From positions 96,001 to 160,000 of the forward strand of contig CAWBOS010000015.1 in the NCBI GenBank assembly GCA_963790475.1: a stretch of 64,000 bases of DNA, read 5' to 3'. Both the position numbers and the translations under genes were made by a program. Under the pieces are notes generated by a model. The model made no database searches. It was not told where the DNA came from and saw nothing but the letters and a program-made list of their open reading frames with translations. The DNA is from an uncultured delta proteobacterium (GTDB taxonomy: Bacteria; Desulfobacterota; RBG-13-43-22). Below, in pieces: positions 30,226-38,706 of this stretch (the first letter of the stretch is position 1; each line of letters starts with the position of its first letter).

Positions 30226-30691
30226 TTATTTCACGTTGGCTTGATTGTCATAGCCCTGCCTTTCCCAAAACCCCTGATAAGGTTTATCGGAAAGCTCGAT
30301 CCGGGTCACCCATTTGACCCACTTATAGCCCAGCTTGGATTCAGCCACGACCTGAAAAGGGAATCCCCGTTTGGCATCCAGAGTTCGCCCGTTTATTTCA
30401 GAGGCCAGCAGTAGATCAAGCCGTTCAATTTCTTTAAAGGACAGGGAAGAAGAGTAGCCGTCCGCCGCATAAAAAATGACCGTCGCAACCCCGGGCTTCA
30501 CCTTAGCCCGGTCCAATAAATCCTTTAATGGGATTGTCATAAGCCCTATCAAAAACATCCAGATGTTTCCCCTGATAATCTCTGACCTCTCTCGCCTGGG
30601 AACCTAGGGTAGCTGTAAATAAAACGGTGGGGAAAATCAATAAGGAAACAGCCATAAAAAGAGACCAGCCAAAATAAAATCGTGGTTTCAT
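30226..30691 (-). pseudogene. Sulfite-oxidase/MsrP-like molybdopterin oxidoreductase with internal deletion and frameshift
   Basis: Signal peptide and EVRDYQG..YDN in one frame. PLKDLL..ADGYSSSL..RGFPFQVVAESKLGYKWVKWVTRIEL..GFWE in another. The segment carrying the Mo-ligating Cys is missing. Confidence 0.8.
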
Positions 30692-30716
30692 AATTTCAGA
30701 TCCGGATGATATTTGA

Positions 30717-31304
30717 TTATTGATAGTTTTCAGGATGGAAGTGTCTCTCCACCATTTCGATTAAGATATGAAGCACTTTGATGTGCAGTTCCTGGACCCG
30801 GTCAGCGAATGCCCCCCCTGAGGTGCAGATACACACATCGGACGCATTTTCCATTGCAGATCCGGATTTGCCGGTTAAGGCAATCACCTTGATTCCTAAA
30901 GACCGAGCGGTTTCAATCGCCATAAAGACATTCAGGCTTTTCCCACTGGTGCTGATGGCCAAAAGACAATCTCCTCGGTTCCCATGACTTTCCAAAAACC
31001 GGGAAAAGACCTGATCATAACCGAAATCATTGGCTACACAGGTCAGGTGGCCCGGATCGCTGATGGCAATGGCCGGATAGCCACGCCGATTTTTTCGATA
31101 CCGGCCGGTAAGCTCTTCGGCGAAATGCATGGCATCACACATGGAGCCACCGTTTCCACAGGAGAAAACACGGCCTTTATTCTCGAAAGTTTCGATCAGG
31201 ATGGCGGCTGCCGATTCAATCTTGGCCAACGTCCTTTCGTCGGTGATCAGTCCTTCGAGGGCTCCTTTGGCCTCTTTCAGACTGCCTTTGATATGTTCGA
31301 TCAT
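30717..31304 (-). CDS. gmhA: Phosphoheptose (sedoheptulose-7-P) isomerase
   Basis: CGNGGSMCDAMHFAEEL, NDFGY, ISTSGKS, DRVQELH. Confidence 0.95.
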   Translation of the reverse strand: MIEHIKGSLKEAKGALEGLITDERTLAKIESAAAILIETFENKGRVFSCGNGGSMCDAMHFAEELTGRYRKNRRGYPAIAISDPGHLTCVANDFGYDQVFSRFLESHGNRGDCLLAISTSGKSLNVFMAIETARSLGIKVIALTGKSGSAMENASDVCICTSGGAFADRVQELHIKVLHILIEMVERHFHPENYQ

Positions 31305-31382
31305 CAGAAAATCTCCTCAGACAATATTATGGTCAGACCCTTAATAACTTCTTAAAAATATTATCAGAATTAGAATATTTTG

Positions 31383-32441
31383 TCAAACAATACCGGAAGG
31401 ATCGAGGAAGCACTGGGGGTCTTCGTCCAAAAAATTCTCTTCTCCTTTTAATTGGGAATAGGCATAAGCGATGGCCCGGCAGCCACGGCAATTGGCCCAT
31501 CGTTTACAAGAAACGCATTTCCCCTGGTATTGACTTCGATCCCTGAGGCTCTCCAGGACCGGAGAGGTCACCCATAATTCCCGCAGAGAATCTTTTCTTA
31601 TATTCCCGATAGGGACCGGGAGTCTTCGACAGGGAGTGATCGTCCCGTCAGGCAAAATTGTAAACCCCGACACCCCGGCCGCACACCCTCCCAAAGGCGC
31701 ATCTCCAAGGTCCTCAGTTTCGATGAGCGTATTCATTTGTGAGGTCAAAGGATCGCCGCTGAGAATGTTAAGACCGTCAGACTTACAGGAGAAGATTTGC
31801 CGATAGAGATCTCGGACCCTTTCCCTGGACAAGGAGTGGGATAATAATCCCGTCCCCTTTCCCGAAGGCACCAACCGGGAGAATCCCAGTCCTCTTACCC
31901 CGAGTGATTTTGATAACTCCATCATTTCTGAAATGCTTCCGGCATTGAGGTCCGACAGCGTCATGTTGAGCGTCACCGGTAATCCCACTGATATCAAATG
32001 GGCAATACCCTGGAGTGATCCGGAAAAACTCCCCTGCCCTCTGATCGAATCATGAATTTCTTCCGGCCCTTCCAAACTGATTTGAACCCCTTCCATACCC
32101 AAGTCGGCCAGTCTGGTCGCCCTTTCCCGACTGATTAATATTCCGTTGGACAGCAAATACCGCTCAAACCCTTTCCTACCCATAATCTCTAAAATCTCAA
32201 AGAGATCCGTCCTTAATAAGGGTTCTCCGCCGGTTACATTAAAACTTGGAGTAAAAGAGATTTCGTAAGCCTCCGACCAAGCCTGAAGCATCTTCCCCAC
32301 CTCTTCTATGCCTTGCCCGATTTCAGACAGGGACATCTCCCGGGAAAACGTCCCATCTTGATAGCAATGCCGGCAATTAAGATTACATCGCTCGGTCAGG
32401 TGCCATTGGACAAAAAAATCAAAAGAAGCGTTTTTAATCAT
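31383..32441 (-). CDS. Radical SAM/SPASM-domain protein, probable peptide maturase
   Basis: CNLNCRHC (CX3CX2C), TGGEP, SPASM CAAG..ILPDGTITPC..CVSC..NCRGC..DPQC. Confidence 0.93.
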   Translation of the reverse strand: MIKNASFDFFVQWHLTERCNLNCRHCYQDGTFSREMSLSEIGQGIEEVGKMLQAWSEAYEISFTPSFNVTGGEPLLRTDLFEILEIMGRKGFERYLLSNGILISRERATRLADLGMEGVQISLEGPEEIHDSIRGQGSFSGSLQGIAHLISVGLPVTLNMTLSDLNAGSISEMMELSKSLGVRGLGFSRLVPSGKGTGLLSHSLSRERVRDLYRQIFSCKSDGLNILSGDPLTSQMNTLIETEDLGDAPLGGCAAGVSGFTILPDGTITPCRRLPVPIGNIRKDSLRELWVTSPVLESLRDRSQYQGKCVSCKRWANCRGCRAIAYAYSQLKGEENFLDEDPQCFLDPSGIV

Positions 32442-32510
32442 GAAAAAAATGAATTTCTCTTTGGACCGTTTGGCTTTGATTCCTTCAGAATAGATTTTTA
32501 CGGGGAGGAA

Positions 32511-32554
32511 AAGGCGGATAAGCTTATTAGATCAAAAGCCTGCCCATCCGCCTT
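32511..32554 (-). terminator. 13-bp hairpin between peptide gene and radical SAM gene
   Basis: On the minus strand AAGGCGGATGGGC pairs with GCTTATCCGCCTT (two G-U pairs). Attenuator or mRNA-stabilising structure. Confidence 0.55.
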
Positions 32555-32561
32555 CTTTTTT

Positions 32562-32580
32562 CGCTGCTATCCAAGCAACG
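32562..32580 (-). promoter_or_regulatory. Candidate bacterial SECIS element
   Basis: Minus-strand stem CGUUGCU / AGCAGCG with loop UGGAU. Loop begins 26 nt after the first in-frame UGA. Confidence 0.55.
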
Positions 32581-32704
32581 TTCAGGATTTGCAACTCTCT
32601 CACTTGTGGCATACCTGACCAGGATTTGTATTCAAGACCTTCTTCACTTTACCCCAATAGGCAGCCTCCTTGGCCATGACCTTAGGGTTCAGCTTATTGG
32701 TCAT
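32567..32704 (-). CDS. Putative selenocysteine-containing RiPP precursor: MTNKLNPKVMAKEAAYWGKVKKVLNTNPGQVCHK(U)ESCKS(U)TLLG
   Basis: AGGAGG RBS, ATG 32704, in-frame TGA at codons 35 (32600-32602) and 41 (32582-32584) in register with Cys every third residue, TAG at 32567-32569. Immediately upstream of a SPASM gene. Confidence 0.7.
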
Positions 32705-32739
32705 CCCGATCCACCCCCTCCTATCAATAGACTGAATCT

Positions 32740-32767
32740 ATGATAGCACCTGGAGAAAGGATGTCAA
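32740..32767 (-). promoter_or_regulatory. Sigma70 promoter of the peptide-radical SAM unit
   Basis: TTGACA N16 TATCAT with an extended -10 TG on the minus strand. Confidence 0.7.
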
Positions 32768-32787
32768 AATCTTTTTTAGTCGCAATC

Positions 32788-34411
32788 TTATTTAATCCGG
32801 ATAATCTTACCTTCCTGGGTGTTAATGAAATTCACTTTGGACCAAAGAGAAAAGAATACCTCCGGTCTGAACCGTGAAAGCGGTTTAAACCCTTCCCGGG
32901 TGGCGGCGTAAAGACGGCCTTCCGCCAGCAGCTTTTCGAAAAGTTCAGCCCCGACTGCCGCTCTCTTGCCCTTGCTTCGGGCTATCTGTCAGGGCTTCTT
33001 CAAGGTCAATCGAATGGTCCTCGAAAGAGATACCCTTGAAAAAATTGATGATCCGCGTAGCAACAAAAAGGGTAAAGATATCTTCCCGCTTAACTCCATC
33101 GGTTTCCAGTCCCAGGGCGGTAAGCCGGGATTTAAAAATATCCTCTTCAGTCTGTTCCGGAAACTTTTGGGCAATGGGCGTGCGGGGAGTCAAATAAAAA
33201 GGCGAGGCCCCCAGGAGAACAGGAAGCCGGCTGTTCAGCCGCAGGGTCCTGATCATCGACGTCAGGGATTCTCCCGGTAATCCTAAAATCTGGTAGGAAA
33301 CGATCTTAAATCCCAAATGGGATGCCTCGGCTACCACTCGAAGATATTTTCCCATTCTTTGGGACCGGAGCGTTTCCTTCCGGACCACCGGATTGGAAGT
33401 CACCAGGGAAAGATTCAGATGGGTGAAACCGGCCTCCCTCATCATTCGCAATAATTCCTCATCCAGACTTTGATAGGAGATGCCGTTCATGGCCAGCAAT
33501 TGAATTTCCCCGGGAGGAAAGCCTTGCCTGATTTTTCGGCAAAGGTTTTTCATCTCCTCCTGGTCATAGGTAAGGTTGTCGTCTTCAAAATCAAAGACCC
33601 GGTAGCCTTCCCGATACCGACGTTCCATTTCTTCGAATACGTCTTGGGCGGATCTTCTTTGATAGCCGGGGAAGGTGCTGTGAACCGAACAAAATGAGCA
33701 ATGATGGGGACAACCTCGGGAGGTGAGAATAAAACACAAGGGCCGGTTTTCATATCGATAGGTCCGCCCATCCAAATCCGAAAAATCCGGCAGGGGGAGT
33801 TCTTCTATGGGGAAAGGATCGGCCTGAGGATTGAAAATCAGACGGCCTGCCTGCTTATATCCGAGGCCGGGAATCTGCTCCAATCCTTTGCCGCCTTGCC
33901 AGGCCCGGATCAATTCCACCAGGGGCCGCTCCCCCTCCCCCCGGATCACCCAATCCACTGCCGGGTCCTTAAGCATTATTTCAGGCGCAGCCGAAATATG
34001 GGATCCCCCGAGGACGATAGGGCAATGAGTTTTTTCTTTGATGGCCTTGGCCGCCTGCAGTACCTCCCGATAAAAAGGCGAGAAAAGCGAGGAGATCCCC
34101 ACCAGGTCAGGTTTTTCAAGGGCCGTTTCCCGGGCAATGGTTTCAAACGAAGCTCCGAAGTGATAGTAGTGATGGAAAAGGGAGAAAGGGCTTTGGTCCG
34201 GCCAGGGGTAGTATTCTTTCAGATAGGTCAACCCTTCAGGCAAAACAATGGTCCGTCTTCCCCGGCCCTGATGAAAATCCTTGAGGACTACCTCGACCTC
34301 AGGTAAGTGCTTTTTGACCGCCGCTTTCAAATAGGCCAGGCCTAAAGGCTGAAGCCTTACCTTGGTATCATAAAAATCCTGAATGGGAGGCTGGACAAGA
34401 ACTAGTTTCAT
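32788..34411 (-). CDS. B12-binding (class B) radical SAM protein, single-base frameshift near 32990
   Basis: LVQPP..PLGLAYL, PDLVGIS, IVLGGSH, RGEGE, TSRGCPHHCSFC. A shifted frame continues QIARSKGKRAAVGAELFEKLL...IIRIK to TAA at 32788. Confidence 0.88.
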
Positions 34412-34513
34412 GTTTAAAATTAATTCCGTTGGTCCTTTTGTGAGAACATACTATAATAGCGAGCAGAATTTCTAAATGATTTTTTTTCATCTTAACATTC
34501 CAGGAGGCTATTT

Positions 34514-35710
34514 ATGAACTACATCATTATCGGAAACGGGGTTGCCGGAACAACCGCAGCGGAAAACATCAGAAAGAACGACCCGCAGGGAGAGATCAAA
34601 ATCTTTACCGATGAGGCCTATCCCTTTTACAGCCGCATACGACTTATGGAATATCTGGCTGGAGAGGTGGAGCTTCCCAAACTGCAGATCCGCTCCAATT
34701 CCTGGTATGACAATCAAAAAATTGAGCTTTTTCTGAACAGCAAAGTGGTCGATATTGATGTCGCCAGTAAGGCCATCCAAACCCAGTCGGGGAAACGGCA
34801 CAGTTATGATAAACTTTTGTTGGCCGACGGCAGTCACTCCTTTGTACCGCCTATCAAAGGGGCGGAGAAAGAAGGGGTTTTCACCTTGCGCAACATCAAA
34901 GACGCTCAAGAGATCAAACGCTTTGCTGAGGGAAAAACTAAAGCCCTTTTGATCGGCGGTGGAATCCTGGGCCTGGAAGTGGGAAACAGTCTCCGGAAAA
35001 CCGGAATGAAGGTTTCTGTGGTTGAGTTTTTCCCCCGCCTGCTCCCCCGTCAAACCGATCCGCTATGTGCCACCCTGCTGCAAACCCGTCTGGAGCAGAT
35101 GGGTCTTCATTTTTATCTGGGGGTGTCTTCCAAAGAAATCCTCGGAGAAAATCGAGTCCAAGGACTACTACTGGAGGACGGCCGCCAAATAGAGACCGAT
35201 CTGATAATCATCTCCGCCGGGGTCAGGCCCAACCTGGAACTGGCCCAAAAATTAAACCTGAAAATTGGAAAGGGAATTTCGGTTTCGGATTACCTGGAAA
35301 CCGGGATCCCGGATATTTATGCCGCAGGAGACAGTATTGAACATAAGGGGATGCTTTACGGCATCTGGCCGGCCTCGGAAAAACAAGGGGAAGTGGCCGG
35401 TTCAAATATGGCCGGAAAACCGACCGTCTATGCCGGCACAACCCCCTCCAATCTGCTCAAAGTGGCCGGGATCGATTTGCTGGCCGCCGGTGATTTCGAT
35501 CCCGACGGCAAACTGGAAGCCTTTATCGATCAGAACCAGGAAACCGGGACTTACCGGAAGATGGTCATCAAAGAAAATCTTATTGTCGGTTGTTTGCTTT
35601 TCGGGACCCTGGAGGGAAGAAAAAATATATTAAAAGCCATGGAAGAAAAGCGGAACATTGCCGCCATCAAAGACCGCCTTTCAAGGTTTGATTTGGAAGC
35701 CTTGAATTAA
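34514..35710 (+). CDS. NAD(P)/FAD-dependent oxidoreductase (NADH:rubredoxin oxidoreductase / NirB N-terminal-like)
   Basis: IIGNGVAG, YDKLLLA.GS, IGGGILGLE, GVRPN, IYAAGD. Confidence 0.88.
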   Translation: MNYIIIGNGVAGTTAAENIRKNDPQGEIKIFTDEAYPFYSRIRLMEYLAGEVELPKLQIRSNSWYDNQKIELFLNSKVVDIDVASKAIQTQSGKRHSYDKLLLADGSHSFVPPIKGAEKEGVFTLRNIKDAQEIKRFAEGKTKALLIGGGILGLEVGNSLRKTGMKVSVVEFFPRLLPRQTDPLCATLLQTRLEQMGLHFYLGVSSKEILGENRVQGLLLEDGRQIETDLIIISAGVRPNLELAQKLNLKIGKGISVSDYLETGIPDIYAAGDSIEHKGMLYGIWPASEKQGEVAGSNMAGKPTVYAGTTPSNLLKVAGIDLLAAGDFDPDGKLEAFIDQNQETGTYRKMVIKENLIVGCLLFGTLEGRKNILKAMEEKRNIAAIKDRLSRFDLEALN

Positions 35711-36054
35711 TATATCAAAATCAGTTATAGCTCAAATCTGAAGGCTCAGAGAAACCGCTTAGGCTTTGGGCTATGAAAGCCAGAAGTCGACTTTTGGGAC
35801 ATCAACAAATGAAAAAACGTATAGCTTCCTGAAATCGTGCAAATTGCTTTTTTGGAAAATCAGAGGAGTACAAATGGAATTCGTTTAAGGATCCCCTCCA
35901 AAATGAGGGTCTCAGCCCAATGAAAAACCTTCTATTTACTATTCTTAAAATCGTGCATAATCCATTCTATCCAATGGCTAGATCAGTAAGGTAATACGTC
36001 TTCTATCATCGCCACTTTACGCTTAAGGGAGGCAAGCAGATGGAGGAATTTAAG

Positions 36055-36089
36055 AAACCCCGTTTCTCAACCGAGAGGTGGGGTTTTTT
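36055..36089 (+). terminator. Intrinsic terminator ending a structured leader
   Basis: AAACCCCGTTTCTC-AACC-GAGAGGTGGGGTTT followed by a T tract. Confidence 0.7.
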
Positions 36090-36222
36090 GTTTGCATGCG
36101 GTAAGGGTCAAATATTTGAAGCTAATACCTATAAAAAAGAGTAGTCATATCCAGTAAAACAAAATTGGGCAGTAACCTTAAGGTCATCTTTCTGTATATC
36201 ATGCAAAATAAGGAGGATTGAA

Positions 36223-36390
36223 ATGACAAAGAGCATGTTTGTCGTGCTTTACATTGTGGTGCTGATAGCCGTTGTCGTTAGTGTAGATTTACTCTTCTTT
36301 AAGAATCGATTCTGGGAACGGCTGATAGTGAACATCGGCATTGTCTTGGTGTTTGCAGCCTTCTATTTGAGATTCCTAAAGAACCCGTAA
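36223..36390 (+). CDS. Small 55-aa two-TM membrane protein (MTKSMFVVLYIVVLIAVVVSVDLLFFKNRFWERLIVNIGIVLVFAAFYLRFLKNP)
   Basis: AAGGAGG RBS 6 nt before ATG, two hydrophobic helices. Below the ORF-track length cutoff. Confidence 0.8.
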   Translation: MTKSMFVVLYIVVLIAVVVSVDLLFFKNRFWERLIVNIGIVLVFAAFYLRFLKNP

Positions 36391-36416
36391 GTTAAGCGTC
36401 GCGGCACCACCTGGTT

Positions 36417-36462
36417 GCCTAACTCCCACATCAAGTCCGACGGCTCATGTGCAACGTTAATA
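36417..36462 (+). other. Shortened attC-like integron recombination site
   Basis: R'' GCCTAAC, then CACATCAAG..CGAC pairing with GGCTCATGTG, then R'-like GTTAATA, directly after the small gene. Confidence 0.5.
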
Positions 36463-36755
36463 ACTTTCAACCCGTAATCATTCGCTTCCAATCAAGTTCC
36501 AAAACTAGAGTAGTAGGGTATGCCGTCTAAAACGTATGACTGGTCGGTTAAAGTCCGACGGTGGGAATTTGGTAGTGAACTGGTATCACATCAGAAGGGG
36601 CACAGTTTTTTGAACAGTTCGAATAGTAATCAGTAAATTTCTGTATCCCCACCCTAAAAGATTTGTAGGTGTAATGCCAGCTTCAAACTTTTACGAACAC
36701 CTCTGAGAATGTTTGATTCCTCCGTATTTTGCTGGGAGGTAGTTGATTGGCAGGT

Positions 36756-36944
36756 CTATTTGAAATCGTCCTTCCCTTGATCGATCAACTTTTGCAGAAA
36801 ATTACGATCTTGAATATCCTTGGGGCGAATTCCTAATTTGGATTTAATGAGTAAGGAAGGTTACCTACTTGATCTGATGGGCATTCAGAGGTCTTCTATG
36901 GTTGGGATTCTCGAATACTGTTTAGGATCACCATTCCCATCCAT
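36756..36944 (-). pseudogene. Nucleotidyltransferase remnant (N- and C-termini only)
   Basis: MDGNGDPKQYSRIPTIEDL then stop. About 25 nt later PSLLIKSKLGIRPKDIQDRNFLQKL..stop, the typical K..RPKD..D end of these NTases. Confidence 0.6.
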
Positions 36945-37105
36945 TGGTCGGCCTCTTCAAAAGTTCTAAACTTATAAAGACCCCTTTTGCAGACCCCCAT
37001 TCCACCCCGTAATTGATGAACTGTTTTCAACCAGCGGTCGGCTTCTTCGGGAGAAGAATTCCAACCCTTCCTCTTTCCGATTCGTTTTTGGCTGAGTTTT
37101 TCCAT
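36896..37105 (-). CDS. Small hypothetical protein, probable partner of the nucleotidyltransferase
   Basis: 69 aa with GLYKFRTFEEADQW motif. Overlaps the start of the NTase remnant. Confidence 0.65.
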   Translation of the reverse strand: MEKLSQKRIGKRKGWNSSPEEADRWLKTVHQLRGGMGVCKRGLYKFRTFEEADQWMGMVILNSIRESQP

Positions 37106-37107
37106 CC

Positions 37108-37142
37108 TTGCCTATCGCCTCGTGCCTTTTGCCTATTGCCTG
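37108..37142. repeat. Heptamer tandem array (NNGCCTN x5)
   Basis: TTGCCTA TCGCCTC GTGCCTT TTGCCTA TTGCCTG. Confidence 0.75.
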
Positions 37143-37146
37143 ATTT

Positions 37147-38625
37147 TCATTCTTCGATCTGCCAGACCGTACCTCGGGGTGTGTCTTTTAGCAGAACCTT
37201 TATTTCGATCAGGCGGTCCCGGAGGATATCGGCTCTGGCCCAATCCTTTTCTTTACGGGCCCGGTTGCGTTCGGCAATAAGCTTCTCAATGGCCTCGGCT
37301 GACAAACCTTTCTTTTCCAAAAGCCTGGTTTGCTCCTTTTCTAAAAAGGCCTGAGGCGACAGGGTCAGGATACCCAGAATTTGGCCGTACTGTTTAAACA
37401 GACCGGCAGCCCGTTTAAATTGATCGGCAAGACCTTTTATTTCTTTGGGACGCACCGTATCCATGATCCGGTTGAGCTGTCTGGCCACTTCATACAGGTG
37501 CCCGATGGCCTGGGCGGTGTTAAAATCATCCTCCATGGCCTTTTGAAAATTATCCTCAAAACCACGAATCACGTCTTCGGTCTCCTGGATCCGTTGTTGA
37601 CTCAATGATTCATTTCCTTTGGTTTGAAGCCGTCCTTCCGGGTGTTCCAAGTCCCTCAGCAAGGTATAAAGACGGCGGAGCCCCATTTGGGCTTCCTGCA
37701 TGGCCTGGTCGGAATAATCCAGGGGAGAACGGTAATGGCGGGAAAGCAGCAGGAGCCGTATTCCTTCCGGATGGAATCGCCGGGTCATTTCCTGAATGGT
37801 CAAAAAGTTTCCCAGGGACTTGGACATCTTCTCACCCTGGATGGTCACAAACCCGTTGTGAACCCAATAGCGGGCCAGGGGTTTGGAGGAAACGGCCATG
37901 GACTGAGCCAGCTCATTTTCGTGGTGAGGGAAGATGAGATCCTTCCCGCCTCCGTGAATATCAAAAGTCTCTCCGAGATAACGGACACTCATAGCCGAGC
38001 ATTCAATGTGCCAGCCGGGTCGGCCCGGTCCCCAAGGGCTGTCCCAGACCGGTTCGCCCGGTTTTCCCCGCTTCCACAGGGCAAAGTCCATTGGATGTTT
38101 TTTGCGGGGATCCACCTCGATCCTGGCTCCGGCTTGCATCTCTTCCAAAGTCCGATTGGAAAGGGCCCCATAGGATGGAAATTTTTCCACGGCAAAAAAA
38201 ACATCGCCATCCACGGCATAGGCCACATCTTGATCGATGAGTTTCTGCACCAGGCCGATAATTTCCGGAATATGAAAGGTGGCCCTGGGCTCATAGTCCG
38301 GGGTGACAACTCCAAGGTCCTTCATGTCAACTTCAAATTCTTGAATGTACTTTTCGGCCAACATCTGCGGCTCCACACCTTCTTTTTGAGCCCGGGTGAT
38401 GATCTTATCGTCGATGTCGGTAAAGTTGCGCACATAGGTAACCTGAAAACCTTGGGAACGCAGGAATCGAACAATAACGTCAAAGACGATCATCGATCGG
38501 GCGTGCCCGATATGACAGCTGTCATAGACCGTAACCCCGCAGACATAGATGCCCACCTGTGGAGGATTGAGGGGAGTGAAAGTTTCTTTTTGTTTGGTTT
38601 GGGAGTTATAAATACGAAGAGACAT
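37147..38625 (-). CDS. cysS: Cysteine--tRNA ligase
   Basis: YVCGVTVY..HIGH, GRPGWHIECS, KMSKS. Confidence 0.98.
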   Translation of the reverse strand: MSLRIYNSQTKQKETFTPLNPPQVGIYVCGVTVYDSCHIGHARSMIVFDVIVRFLRSQGFQVTYVRNFTDIDDKIITRAQKEGVEPQMLAEKYIQEFEVDMKDLGVVTPDYEPRATFHIPEIIGLVQKLIDQDVAYAVDGDVFFAVEKFPSYGALSNRTLEEMQAGARIEVDPRKKHPMDFALWKRGKPGEPVWDSPWGPGRPGWHIECSAMSVRYLGETFDIHGGGKDLIFPHHENELAQSMAVSSKPLARYWVHNGFVTIQGEKMSKSLGNFLTIQEMTRRFHPEGIRLLLLSRHYRSPLDYSDQAMQEAQMGLRRLYTLLRDLEHPEGRLQTKGNESLSQQRIQETEDVIRGFEDNFQKAMEDDFNTAQAIGHLYEVARQLNRIMDTVRPKEIKGLADQFKRAAGLFKQYGQILGILTLSPQAFLEKEQTRLLEKKGLSAEAIEKLIAERNRARKEKDWARADILRDRLIEIKVLLKDTPRGTVWQIEE

Positions 38626-38706
38626 TTTAAAAAGCTCAAAAGAAAAATCCGAAACTCAAATTTCGATTTTGTTTCCTTTCCTTTCTATCCATTAACCTGG
38701 TCCTTC

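Noticed and set aside
35830-35962. Repeated AAATCGTGCA as a Rex operator
   Set aside because: Only half-sites. The complementary TTCAC arm is missing.
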